Assembly: GCF_006345805.1 (NCBI RefSeq)
Contig: NC_043021.1
Span: 5,022,001-5,086,000 of the forward strand
Length of the DNA stretch: 64,000 nt
DNA from: Octopus sinensis
Lineage: Eukaryota
Reading direction: 5' to 3'
Position numbers and translations under genes: made by a program. The notes under the pieces are model-generated. The model had not been told where the DNA came from, did no database searches, and saw only the letters and a list, made by a program, of their open reading frames with translations. Shown here piece by piece: positions 1 through 11,783 of this stretch (within the stretch, counting starts at the first letter, position 1; each line of letters opens with the position of its first letter).

Positions 1-177
1 TGTCTGTTGGACTTGTGTCGAAGGGGATATGCCCATAGATAATTTAGGGGTTAGTGATGATTATTGCTGCATATGAGCCCAGAGAGAAATAAAAGCAAGC
101 ACAATGGTTGACCCTACAGTTATGAGGTGGGTAGACAAGAGAAGGAATGTTTTTACTAATCAGTAGAATGTGTATCT

Positions 178-519
178 TTTATTTGTTTCACTCATTTGAC
201 TACGGCCATGCTGGGGCACTGCCTTGAAGGGTTTAGTCAAACAAATCACCCCCCCCCCCACAGGATTTATTTCTTTAAGTCTAGTACTTCTTTTATTGAC
301 CTCTTTTGCCGAACTACTAAGTTGTAGAGACATAAACACACCAGCACCGGTTGTCCAGCAATGGTGGGGGATAAACACAGACACACACACACATAGATAT
401 ATACATATGTGTGTGTGTGTGTGTATGATGGGCTTCTTTCAGTTTCCGTTTACCAGATCCACTCACAAGGCTTTGGGACTGAACCCAGAATGATGTGATT
501 GGAAAACAAGCTTCTTACT
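178..519 (-). mobile_element. SINE-A, diverged copy
   Basis: Reverse-complement match to the family seen at 4817-5218 (gactacggccatgctgg... ggcttctttcagtttcc... gggactgaaccc). Confidence 0.7.
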
Positions 520-539
520 ATAAAGTATAATTAATATGT

Positions 540-1205
540 GAGTGTGTGTGTCTGTGTGCATATGCATGTTACTTTATATTGTGTGTATGTTGTAAATGAA
601 TGTCATTAATTTCCAGTATTCTGCAAAAATATGGGATCTTTTCGGTTTGAACAGCAATTTTTTTCTGGCGGTGTCATATGAAATTGTCACCCATAATTAT
701 GACCCTAGAATCGATCTATTGCATTTCAATCTCTTTTAGGGTTAGGGGTGAGGGAAGGGTATCTTTTTTTCTTCACAAATGTAAATAAACCCAATCTGTT
801 TCTTAAACGAGGGGCATATTCATACGGCACAGAATGCTTTTTAACTCAATAGACGTCAGTGATTTGTTGAAATTGCAGAAATTGAAGGAAAAAAACAACA
901 AATATCTTACAAACTATAGAATTTTCTCAATAAAGCCAAAAGAAAAAAATGTTTTATAAACACATTCTACCAGTATATGAAGTTTAAAATTTTTTAGTTA
1001 CCTAGAAATTATGTTAAAAACTGCCATTCAAACCGAAAAGATCCAAAATATGTCTGGCCATGAAGAAATATTACCTTGCTTGGAAACTGGTGAGGGTTGG
1101 TAACAAGATGGGCATCTGACCATAGAAAACCTACCTCAACAAATTCTGTCTGACCCATGCAAGTATGGAAAAGTGGAAGTTAAAACCATAGTGATAATGA
1201 TGATA
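540..1205 (+). mobile_element. SINE 3' body of F type ((GAT)n tail), split by a MITE
   Basis: tttccagtattctgc|...|tgtctggccatgaagaaatattaccttgcttggaaac...gggcatc...gataatgatgat; uninterrupted homologues at ~48100-48275 and ~58070-58280. Confidence 0.6.
634..1044. mobile_element. MITE with 18-bp TIR (GGATCTTTTCGGTTTGAA) and 8-bp TSD
   Basis: Perfect TIRs at 634-651 and 1027-1044; direct repeat aaaatatg at 626-633 and 1045-1052. Confidence 0.85.
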
Positions 1206-1830
1206 ATAATACTGATGTCCTACAGAATGGAATTTGAACAGTGTATTTATTCTCTGAGCTAGAAACATAGGCATTCTAATAATTAAAGTCCATTATTGGT
1301 TGCTTTATGAAGGAAACTGTTTGGTACATTGGTAATAAAACTATTTGTTTAATGTTAGAAATAGATTGAGTAGTTTGAGTATAAATGCAGGACAAACTAC
1401 CATCAAACTGGTTTAGGAATCATTTTAGAATGAATACTCAAATGGATATATGATCAAGGATGTTCAGGGCGATGAGCGTCCCATGATGAAGGCAGACTGT
1501 GTTAAACAACAAAAACAAACTAACATAAAAACCTCTATGTGGTCGCTTGAGCAGCTAGAAATATCAGCTGAACATCCCTCAAATCGCCCTGCTACCATTT
1601 GAAAGCAGAAAGATAAAATAAAAGGTGCGTTGGGTAGTACAGCAATACATAGATAAGTCTTAAATATAAAATGGGATAACCACCAGCTTGAACACCCTTC
1701 ATCATAAACCTACTTAATTGGCCTGACTCAGTGTTAAACAGGTTGTTTCTGAAGTGATTCCTAAACCCAACTGGCAGGAGTTAGTTCTTCTACATTCACG
1801 CTCAAACTAAACAAGCTATTTTTAACTCTC

Positions 1831-2309
1831 TTAACTCTTTAGCATTCAGAATCTGCCAAATGCAATGCTTATGTGGGGTCACTCCGAAAAGCTCTATCTG
1901 CGACGATTTCATCTCAATCGAAGGAGAGGGGGCTTTCTCCGTCCGGGTTGCGGATCCGTGGAATAAGCTGCCGGACGAGATAGTGAAGATGCCGACAACC
2001 GCTCGGTTCAAAGTCTCTCTTGACCAGAAATGGCCTGAACTCTTTGCATGAACACCCTCCCTGTACATAACTCCATGTCCCCCTACATGGCCTTGCTTTT
2101 TGCTTTTTGAGCCAAAAAATTAACTTAACTTAACATTGTTTTGAATTAATCATGCATTATCTCATAGCTTTGGGATTTAGATGGTGTGGTTATTTATTTT
2201 TAGAATGGCATTGTAGTGTATGCATGCAAGGCCAGGCCTGGCCAGTTTGAACATAAAACAGGCAGCATGTTTGAGCCAGATGCAGCTGGTTTAAATATTA
2301 AAGGGTTAA
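1831..2309. mobile_element. piggyBac-type MITE-D interrupted by a CR1 fragment
   Basis: ttaa-ctctttagcattcaga ... aaaggg-ttaa ends; body matches 6173-6400 once 1872-2133 is removed. Confidence 0.8.
1872..2133 (+). mobile_element. CR1-clade LINE 3' end (ORF2 C-terminus, 3' UTR, (TTAAC)n tail)
   Basis: Encodes AFSVRVADPWNKLPDEIVKMPTTARFKVSLD, matching the CR1 ORF2 FSxRVVxxWNxLP...FKxxLD motif; second copy at 40038-40193. Confidence 0.85.
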
Positions 2310-2715
2310 GGCTTACTTAGAATCTCCTACGGTGAGACTTGTCTTTACTACATAAGTCACTGGATTAACCTATCAGGGGATACCTTTAATTAACCTATCA
2401 GTAAGTGGCAGACTTGATCCATTATCTGGTTTAACACTACTGTGTGGACCTTGCTTGCCTTTAATCAAGATTCCATTCTTCTGTTGGAAGCAATCAGAGT
2501 TAGTCTCTGATATTTTTGTAAACAATAGAAATGTGTGTGTGTTTACAAACAAGTGTTATGTTGTCATTGAATGTTCAATTGTTAAAAAATTCTATTTCCT
2601 GTTAAACAATGTTTGATATATTAGAACTGTGTGTAGGAGGCACCCTTATTCTTAGGGTCTGTGTGAATGGAAGGCACACTCTTCTGTTAGTGAGATGAGT
2701 TGGTTGAGCAGGATT

Positions 2716-3074
2716 CTTTTACCTGTTTCAGTCATTTGACTGTGGCCATGCTGGTGCACCTCCTTTAGTCAAACAAAGCGACCCCAGGACTTATTCTTTG
2801 TTAGCCTAGTACTTATTCTGTTGGTCTCTTTTGCCAAGCCGCTAAGCTACGGGGACGTAAACACACTAGCATTGGTTGTCAAGGGATGTTGAGGGGACAG
2901 ACATATATATATATATGACAGGCTTCTTTCAGTTTCTGTCTACCAAATCCATTCACAAGGCTTTGGTCAGCCCAAGGCTATAGTAGAAGACACTTGCCCA
3001 AGGTGCTATGCAGTGGGACTGAAACCGGAACCACTGGTTGGTAAGCAAGCCAATTACCACACGGCCACTCCTGC
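2716..3074 (-). mobile_element. SINE-A
   Basis: Full head-to-tail match to the family. Confidence 0.85.
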
Positions 3075-3479
3075 CAAAATTTTTCTGGCAGTTGATAAAA
3101 AGCAACATTCCTCTGTATCATCATCATTTAATGTCCATTTTCCAAGCTGGCATGGGTTGGACAGTATGACAGGAGCTGGCGAGCAAGGGGTCTGTGCCAA
3201 GCTTTGACATTGTTTCTATGGCCAGATGCCCTTCCTAATGCCAACTGCTTTACAGTGTCCTGAGTGCTTTTTGTGTAGCACTGGCACCGGTGGGGTCACC
3301 AAGTAACTTGTAAGACCCCCTCAACTGAGGCTAGTGTAGTATTGAGGGAGTTGGCTTTATGCCATGTAGTGAAAGAGTTAAGGGTAAAAATGATAATAAG
3401 GGTCGTATCTCCAAGACCAGCTGGAATCTCTCTACATATCTAGAATGCCTGAAACACTGCACAAAACTTTATATTTAGT

Positions 3480-3982
3480 ATGAACATCGAAACAAATATC
3501 AATGGAAATAGTAGTTGTGATACCTGTGCCGGTGGCACATAAAAAGCACCGTCCGAACGTGGCCGTTGCCAACGCTGCCTTGACTGGCTTCTGTGCCGGT
3601 GGCACATAAAAAGCACCATCCGAACGTGACCAATGCCAACCCCGCCTCGAATGGCTTCTGTGCCGGTGGCACATAAAAAGCACCATCCAAACGTGGCCGA
3701 TGCCAGCCCCGCCTCAACTGGCTTCTGTGCCGGTGGCACATAAAAAGCACCAACCGATCGTGGCCGATGCCAGACCCCTCTGGCACCTGTGCATGTGGCA
3801 CGTAAAAAGCACCCACTACACTCGCAGAGTGGTTGGCGTTAGGAAGGGCATCCAGCTGTAGAAACACTGCCAGATCAGACTGGAGCCTGGTGCAGCCCCT
3901 GACTTCCCAGACCCCGGTCGAACTGTCCAACCCGTGCTAGCGCGGAAAACGGACGTTAAACGATGATGATGATGATGATGAT
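3480..3982 (+). mobile_element. Retroposon-C with 67-bp internal tandem units and (GAT)n tail
   Basis: tgtgccggtggcac recurs at 3525, 3592, 3659 and 3726, followed by ggttggcgttaggaagggcatcc...ggacgttaaacgatgatgat. Confidence 0.9.
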
Positions 3983-4199
3983 TTCATAGTGATGTTTGTA
4001 TATCTTAGCTAGAATCCTCTCAAATTTGGGTGCCTTGTTATTTGGGGAACAGATTATTTTGTTTGTTTGTTTGTGCAATGCCAGATGCTACTGCTAAATG
4101 TACAATCTGTCAATTGTGATTGATGACTGGAACAGAATACCATATCAGTACTGTTTGATGTTCTGGGATGGTATACTGACCAACCACGGGCAGTAAACT

Positions 4200-4680
4200 A
4201 CAAAATTCTTACATCCTCTTGATTTCCTGTAATTCAGACTGCCTCATAGTCCCAGCAGACAAAATAGAGACGGCATTGCTGCTAAATTGTTTATCATTGG
4301 TCTTTTATGTGATGTTCTTTCAAGATCTTTCATTGGCTGCACAGTTGTGATTAAAGCAGGTCTTTGAAATGTTCTTTCCATAAGTTGCTAAACAGCTGTT
4401 CATTTTATTAGATTTTTTACCATCTTTAGCTCTGAAATACTTTGATCTGCCACCATAAATGGTTCTTAACTACTGGTGTTTGTTACTATACTACAGTCAT
4501 GCTTGCTTGGCAACCTTGCCTTCAAGTTTTTCTTTGGCGCAAGTTATTCTTCATCTTTTGGTCAGCTTGAAAATCATTCTCTTTATTTGTGTCAGCTGCT
4601 TCATTTAGGCTAAGAGTCAGCAGGCTTCTTATATCATTGGGCGCTTCATGGAATCATTGGTAACTTAGTAACTTCCATCA
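4200..4680 (-). mobile_element. Decayed RTE-clade LINE fragment (endonuclease-RT linker)
   Basis: Minus-strand frames give RAKDGK...WKEHFKDLL, resembling the RTE 'DG...RWxEHFxxLLN' motif; many stops and frameshifts. Confidence 0.5.
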
Positions 4681-4816
4681 TATAAATTTCTGAAATAAAA
4701 TTTTTTTAAATATAAATGATAAAAAAAATTTCTTGATTTCAAAACAGTCCTTCATTCTTTTGGGTCATTACTGCTTTTCAATAAAAAAATATTAGAGAAA
4801 TGTATTGAAAATACTT

Positions 4817-4968
4817 TGTGTGGTAAGTAGCTTACTAACCGACCACATGGTTCCGGGTTCAGTCCCACTGCGTGGCATCTTGGGCAAGTGTCTTCTGCTA
4901 TAGCCCCGGGCCGACCAATGCCTTGTGAGTGGATATGGTAGACGGAAACTGAAAGAAGCCTGTCGTAT

Positions 4969-5016
<48 letters not shown>

Positions 5017-5218
5017 TTGTGTGTCTGTGTTTGTCCCCTAGCATTGCTTGACAACCGATGCTGGTGTGTTTACGTCTCCGTTACTTAGCGGTTCGGCAAA
5101 AGAGACCGATGAATAAGTACTGGGCTTACAAAGAATAAGTCCTGGGGTCGATTTGCTTGACTAAAGGCGGTGCTCCAGCATGGCCGCAGTCAAAATGACT
5201 GAAACAAGTAAAAGAGTA
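4817..5218 (+). mobile_element. SINE-A
   Basis: tRNA-like head with B box ggttcagtccc, ccttgggcaagtg CORE-like segment, (TA)n(TG)n middle, aaaagagta tail. Confidence 0.9.
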
Positions 5219-5879
5219 ATGAAATTGATAAAGAAGAATAATGCTCAAAATTGTTTCAGATGTTTATTGACCCCTTGGATAGTCACATAGAGACTCAGGT
5301 GAGTCAATACTCACCACCACTTTGCCAGCCCCTGATTCAGGCATTGTTCTTCACCGCTCAAAATCAGTGGAATCAGTGGATCAATACACAAGGTAACATA
5401 AGCTAACATGCATATGAAAGGGTGAAAATTAAAAATGTATTAAGTAAAAAAAAAAGGTGGCAGCCAGGATTTGGATAAAAACTGTCCTCTCACCATGATG
5501 GAGATTTTATCCAAATCCTGGCTACCTTTTTCTTAATTTATAAAATCTGCACTCCACAGACAATCTATACATACAGACAGACAGATGTATGTATGCATAT
5601 AGATATATATAGATTTGTTTATATTTCTTCACTGAAATGAACTTGGCCAGTTTAGTCTGTGCATTGTAACAGCTACTTAATTCACCGACCTTTTGAACTA
5701 GTATCAGAGTGTTTTTGTTCTATATATTTATTTACTTCTATTCATTTTATTTTGTTAAACAGTTTCTTGTCATTTTGCATTTATTTATCTATTCAAAACT
5801 GATTTCTTTTTATTTTTTATTAATTTTTTTTTTATTTTCATTTATATTTATTTTCTGTGTTTTTTTTTTTTAATTTCAG

Positions 5880-6095
5880 AACCACCATGTGTCTGTCCTC
5901 CTCCAACTTAAGTCTAAGTTTTTTTGCTGTCCCCTCACCTCAGATGACTTGGACTTTACCATCTTCTTCTACCCTCAGTTAACAATGAGCCAAACTAGAC
6001 TTTGTAGAGACAGTAGTTGGGGGAATGATAGAAATGGTTCGAAGCTTATGAATGCTAAAGGACAAATTAGTTTATCACAAGGATTAATACACAAG
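5880..6095 (+). CDS. Candidate exon (216 nt, one open frame, phase 0-0), product unknown
   Basis: Long polypyrimidine tract plus tttcag acceptor at 5879; AAG|GTAAC donor at 6096; unique sequence. The peptide is not recognisable and alternative acceptors exist at 5943 and 5978. Confidence 0.3.
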
Positions 6096-6172
6096 GTAAC
6101 ATAACCTAACATACATATTTCTGTGTGCACCTTTTATTCACATTAACTGTTGTGCACATTTTAATTATTGTC

Positions 6173-6400
6173 TTAACCCTTTAGTGTTCAGATTACTCTG
6201 TTAAATGTGATACTTTTTCACTCAAATTGTTTTGAATTAATCAAGCATTATCTCATAGCTTTGAGGTTTCAATGATGTGATTGTTTATTTTTAGAATGTC
6301 ATTGTTGGTTAGGTGTGAAAGGCTAGATATTGCCAGTTTGAATATAAAACATGTAGAATATTTGGGCCGGATATGGCCGGTTTAAACACTAAAGGGTTAA
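6173..6400. mobile_element. piggyBac-type MITE-D, intact
   Basis: TTAA-CCCTTTAGTGTT ... AACACTAAAGGG-TTAA terminal inverted repeats with TTAA target. Confidence 0.9.
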
Positions 6401-7249
6401 AACATTTTGATATTTCTCATTGAAATTTATACTATATATATATATATACATGTAGTACATTAAAGTACATGTAATATATATATATATGTATATATAAAGT
6501 ACATAGATGTACTCACATATTCTGTTTTATCCCTTCTTCTCCTAAATACTAATATGGATTTTCTCTTTTGACTTTCATAGCTCTTTTTTTTATATATAAT
6601 TTGGGGGTTTTTTTGTATCCTTTTGCAAGTTTTTTTTTACACTTTTAGATAAATCATTTGCAAAGATAGAAATTGTATTTTATTTTTTTGCTTTGGTTTA
6701 TTTTGTGTATGTTTGTATGTTTTTTTTTTCTTCTTTTTCTTTGTAGTCTGATGACTTAAAAGATTTTCCAATGAAAAAAAAAATAGGCCTTACTAAATTA
6801 GCGTTTTTTTTTTTGTTGTTTCTTTGCATTTTTTTTTTTTTTTTCCTTTTTTGTCTTCTTAATAACATCAAGCAAGATGTAATTACTAATTTCGGTGCCA
6901 TGTCTGACAACTTCAGTAAATTCTTGTGACTGCTCCATTGATCGTGTTCCTTCAGTGATAAAAACCGATATGATCGGAGATTCTCTCAGAAATTTATTTA
7001 TTTCCTTTCTGCAAGATTCAATAGAAATAAGCCAAAGAGGGAAATGCAGAGAGATAAAGGAACAGGTGTCTAATGGTAACTATTTTGGTAATGGATCTTT
7101 CGGACAACAGGCATGGCTGTATGGTTAAGAAGTTCTTTTGGCAGCCACTTGTATTTTGAACTCTTTCCTACTGCAAGACACATTGGTATGACCAGTGCCA
7201 AGAGAATGGAATTTGGTACCTTGCTTCCCCACACCTTTGTATTAATACC

Positions 7250-7480
7250 TATTTCTTTACTACCCACAAGGGGCTAAACACAGAGGGGACAAACAAGGAC
7301 AGACAAACGGATTAAGTCGATAACATCGACCCCAGTGCGTAACTGGTACTTAATTTATCGACCCCGAAAGGATGAAAGGCAAAGTCGACCTCGGCGGAAT
7401 TTGAACTCACAACGTAACGCAGACGAAATACCACTAAGCATTTCGCCCGGCGTGCTAACGATTCTGCCAGCTCGCCGCCT
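7250..7480 (-). mobile_element. SINE-B, full length
   Basis: Reverse complement of ggcggcgagctggcag...gagttcaaattcc...gtcgactttgcctttcatcctttcggggtcgata...aaagaaat. Confidence 0.9.
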
Positions 7481-7499
7481 TAATTTTTTGTATTAATAC

Positions 7500-7668
7500 C
7501 TATTCCTTTACTACCCACAAGGGGCTAAAGACGGAGGGGACAAACAAGGACAGACAAAGGGATTAAGTTGATAACATTGACTCCAGTGCGTAACTGGTAC
7601 TTAATTTATTGACCCCGAAAGGATGAAAGGCAAAGTCGACCTTGGCGGAATTTGAATTCAGGACGTAA
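7500..7668 (-). mobile_element. SINE-B, 5'-truncated, tandem to the previous copy
   Basis: Same family; preceded by the duplicated flank tttgtattaatacc. Confidence 0.8.
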
Positions 7669-7693
7669 CCATTTGGGCCAGTACATTATGGTG

Positions 7694-7830
7694 GAGGCAC
7701 ATGACTTAGTGGTTAGGGTGTTAGACTGATGATTGTAAGATTGTGGTTTCAATTCTTGGACTGGGCAATGCATTGTGTTCTGGATCAAAATACTTTGTTT
7801 CACATTGCTCCAGTCCCTTCAGCTGGCAAG
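7694..7830 (+). mobile_element. Older tRNA/CORE-like SINE head (family G)
   Basis: ggcacatgacttagtggttaggg A box and cattgctccagtcc.tcagctg; similar to 15152-15310. Confidence 0.5.
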
Positions 7831-8515
7831 AACGACAGACTAGGGAGAAGTACAGATGACTTGGAGCTTTGTGCTCAAACCCCTACCCCACCGGTTCTTT
7901 TTGAGTGAAATTCGGTTGGCAGAAAGCAACTGAAACATATTGTGTATGTGTGTGTTTCCAGGCTTTGCATTGATAACATTTGGATGATGGTGTTGTTTGT
8001 GGCCTTACATAGCCAATGTTTTCTGTAGTTGAGCTTTTTGACATTAAAAACTAGTGGATTGCTACCTTACTTGGAAACATTTAAGGGAAGGAAGGGCATT
8101 CAGTTGTACCTTACTCTTGCCAAAGGAAAATCTTGTTCATTCCAGACAAGCATTGGATGAAATGACACTTTATAAGTAAAACAGACATGATTGTGTGGTA
8201 AGAAGTTTGCTTCCCAACCAGGTTCAGTCCCCCTGGGGAGCACCTTGGGCAAGTGTCTTCAACTATAGCCCTGGGCTGACCAAAGCCTTGTGGATTTGGT
8301 AGAACTATATATGTGTGTGTGTGTGTGTGTATCTTTTTACTTGTTTCAGTCATTAGACAACAGCCCTGCTGGGGGAACCTTAAAGAATTTTAGTTGAATG
8401 AATCAACTCCAGTACTTATTGTTATTTTAACCCTGGTACTTATGATGTCAGTCTCTTTTGCTGAATCTCTTAAGTTATGGGGACATAAACACACCAACAG
8501 TGTGTTAGTGTTTGT

Positions 8516-8768
8516 GACTGACTGACTGACTTGACAGCATTCACCCGGGGTGGGTTGAGCTGACTTCATTCATCCTCAATGCTGCATCTCTCACAAACGC
8601 CAACCAGTCCTGGCGATTTGAGGCTAACGACCGCATGATCTCCAACCGCTCCCTATTCCAGCGGTGAACGCCGTAGATATGGGGGCCTAGGTTGGGTTTC
8701 CAGATCAGCCTTGACTGTCATCAGCCAGGTTTTTCGTTGTCCACATCGCCTTCGCCAACCGTTAAGGG
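8516..8768 (-). mobile_element. RTE-clade LINE 3' end with (AGTC)n tail
   Basis: Frameshifted GWRRRCGQRKTWLMTVKADLE...GPHIYGVHRWNRE...NRQDWLAFVRDA...THPG*, typical of an RTE C-terminus; TSD gttagt(g/a)tttgt at 8504-8515 and 8769-8780. Confidence 0.85.
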
Positions 8769-9056
8769 GTTAGTATTTGTCCCCTACTACTGCGTGACAA
8801 TGGGCTTCTTTCAGTTCCTATCTGCCAAATACACTCACAAGGCTTTGATCAATCTGAGACTATAGTAGGGGAGAGGGCTTGTTGATTACATTGATCTTAG
8901 TGTTTTAACTGGTACTTCAATCATGATGGGATGAAAAGCAAAGTCAACCTCAGCAGAATTTGAACTCAGAATATTAAAGATAAATGAAATGCTGCTAAAC
9001 ATTTTGTCCATTATGCTAATGAGTCTGCCAGCTCATCACAATAATAATAATAATAA

Positions 9057-9238
9057 TGGCACGTAAAAAGCACCCGCTACACTCTCGGAGTGGTTGGCGT
9101 TAGGAAGGGCATCCAGCCGTAGAAACATTGCCAGATCAGACTGGGCCTGCTGCAGCCATCTGGTTTCCCAGACCCCAGTTGAACCGTCCAACCCATGCTA
9201 GCATGGAAAATGAACGTTAAACGATGATGATGATGATG
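9057..9238 (+). mobile_element. Retroposon-C, 5'-truncated
   Basis: ggcacgtaaaaagcacc...aaacgatgatgatg. Confidence 0.85.
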
Positions 9239-9366
9239 GGCTTCTTCCAGCTTTTGCCTACCAAATCCACTCACAATGCTATAGCAGAAGACACTTACTC
9301 AAGGTGAATCTAGAGGTGGGACTGAGCTTGGAACCATGTGATTGGGAAGCAAGCTTCTTACCACAC

Positions 9367-9550
9367 TGCCACGTAAAAAGCACCCACTACACTCACGGAG
9401 TGGTTGGTGTTAGGAAGGGCATCCAGCCGTAGAAACATTGCCAGATCAGACTGGAGCCTGGTGCAGCCTTCTGGCTTCCCAGACCCCAGTTGAACCATCC
9501 AACCCATGCTAGCATTGAAAGCGGACGCTAAACGATGATGATGATGATGA
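9367..9550 (+). mobile_element. Retroposon-C, 5'-truncated
   Basis: Same 3' body and (GAT)n tail. Confidence 0.85.
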
Positions 9551-9856
9551 ATGAAAGCAAATATCGATTTATCCAAATTGTAATTGTACATTTAGCATCA
9601 TAAGATACAACGTAAATGTTAATTTATTTCAGTAGTTTCCACATTTATTAGCTAAATAGCATAGATAATTAAAATGTTGGCAGTTGAACGTTATTTTCCT
9701 CATTGGCTAAATTCAACCAATTTGTCCGTAATGTTTATCTTAAAGAGATGGTGATAATTGAGAATAAATTTGATTGTCAGCCAGAAGGGTACAAAAGTTC
9801 CATGCATAGCTTTGATGCTGTAGTAATCGTGGGATTTTTTTCTGTTGTTGTTTTTC

Positions 9857-10313
9857 TTAACCCTTTAACCCTTTCGTTACTGTATTTATTTTGAGATGCT
9901 CTGTGTTTCTTCCAATTATTTTAAATATAGCAAAGAATTTAATAAAATAACTTCGTTATCATTAAGCTAGTGTTAGGAACATAAATTGTGACTAAGGTTT
10001 GGTGGAAGATTTGAATTCAAAACTTATGAAAACAAGACATTTGTACTACAGAGCCAGAGCCGGTTTCAGCCGGGTTGGTAACGAAAGGGTTAACACTCAG
10101 ATTACCCTGTCAAATGAGTTGCTTATTTATTCTTATTGTTCTGAATTAATCATGCATTATCTTGTACCTTTTGAAATTTCAATGATGTGCGTGTTTACTT
10201 TTATAGAATGATATTGTAGGGTAGGAGTGAAAGGCTGGAACTGGTAGGTTTGAACGTAAAAACAGATAGAATACTTGGGCAGGGTATGACCAGTTTAAAT
10301 GCTATAGGGGTAA
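9857..10313. mobile_element. MITE-D with MITE-E inserted in its left TIR
   Basis: ttaaccctt|...|aacactcagattac... continues as the D body to aaatgctataggggtaa. Confidence 0.75.
9865..10093. mobile_element. piggyBac-type MITE-E
   Basis: TTAA-CCCTTTCGTTAC ... GTAACGAAAGGG-TTAA. Confidence 0.9.
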
Positions 10314-10382
10314 TAATGTAGTCATCTTTATTATCTCCCTTTCCAGCTCTAGCCCCATCACTCCTACTTGCGAGTAGCCTTA

Positions 10383-10792
10383 TACTCTTTTACTCTTTTA
10401 CTTGTTTCAATCATTTGACTGCGGCCATGCTGGAGCACCGCCTTTAATCGAGCAACTCGACCCTGGGACTTATTCTTTGTAAGCTTATTCTATCGGTCTC
10501 TTTTGCCGAACCGCTAAGTGACGGGGACATAAACACACCAGCATCGGTTGTCAAGCAATGCTAGGGGGACAAACACAAACATACACGCACACACACACAC
10601 ACACACATATACATATATATACATATATACGACGGGCTTCTTTCAGTTTCCGTCTACCAAATCCACTCACAAGGCTATGGTCGGCCTGAGGCTATAGTAG
10701 AAGACACTTGCCCAAGGCGCCACGCAGTGGGACTGAACCCGGTACCATGTGGTTGGTAAACAAGCTACTTACCACACAGCCACTCCTGCGCC
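10383..10792 (-). mobile_element. SINE-A, full length
   Basis: Family match, from tactctttt tail to cactcctgcgcc head. Confidence 0.9.
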
Positions 10793-11051
10793 TATATGAT
10801 CTTTTCAACAGTAACAAATCTGTTCCCGTTCCTTTTTTTATACTTCAACCCCTCAACAAAGAATGTAACTTTATTTTAATCTATTATGATTATTCTGTTA
10901 ATTTAGCTCAAGGTGCAACAGAGTGGGAGTGAACCTGGCTCCATGTGGTTAGGAAGTGAACTTCTTACCGCACAGCCACGTCTGCATCTATATTAGAAAC
11001 GATTATTATTATTATTGTTATTATAAAAAGCCTTTTAAAAAACATTTTCTT

Positions 11052-11363
11052 GCACATAAGCACCATCCGTTCGTGTCCGTTGCCAGCCTCGCCTGGCCCC
11101 CGTGCCGGTGACACGTAAAAGCACCATCCGTTCGTGGCCGTTTGCCAGCTCTGTCTGGCACCTATGCGGGTGGCACGTAAAAAGCACCCACTACACTCAC
11201 GGAGTGGTTGGCGTTAGGAAGGGCATCCAGCCGTAGAAACACTGCCAGATCTGACTGGGCCTGGTGCAGCCTTCCAGCTTCACAGACCCCAGTTGAACCA
11301 TCCAACCCATGCTAGCATGGAGAACGGACGCTAAATGATGATGATGATGATAATGATGATGAT
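11052..11363 (+). mobile_element. Retroposon-C (about 3 internal units)
   Basis: Repeated aagcaccatccgttcgt units, then the common 3' body and GAT tail. Confidence 0.85.
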
Positions 11364-11783
11364 AAGCATTGCTGTAATATTCGGTTTAGTTTGTCTTAAA
11401 CAACCGACCATTGTAGTTTTAGAGATGCCAAACTAACGAGTAACTTTTTTTGTTTTTTTTTTCTTTTTTACCCGAGAAAAGAAAATAGATTTCTAATTTC
11501 ATATTTGGCAGATTTGGCAAATTCTTTTGGGGGAAAAAGATAAAAGCAACAAAAAATGAGTTTATTTGAATACAACATATGTTTCAAAGGAAACTGTTCA
11601 GTAGTCGCACTATGTCTGCAAGTTATAATAAATATAATGAATATGCACATACTGTTGTTTAACAGTTATTTAACCTTGATCATTCACACCTATGATGAAG
11701 GGCATTCCATCTGTGGCCATCCCGTCTTTTGTGGGTATCTGGCTCTTCATTATCCAGTGTGTCCTGTCCATTTTAAAATGGTA

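Noticed and set aside
3525-3800. Constant-repeat plus variable-spacer pattern resembling a CRISPR array
   Set aside because: The spacers are homologous to each other, the array lies inside a eukaryotic retroposon, and no cas genes are present.
3432-3930. Overlapping 84-143 aa ORFs with repeated GWCFLCATGT / DGAFYVPPAQ motifs (also 14694-15246 and 26263-26714)
   Set aside because: They are translations of retroposon-C minisatellite units, open in several frames and on both strands, with no splice or coding signature.
6895-7128. 77-aa ORF in unique sequence
   Set aside because: No clear splice boundaries, a GTG start, and it runs into a decayed SINE head.
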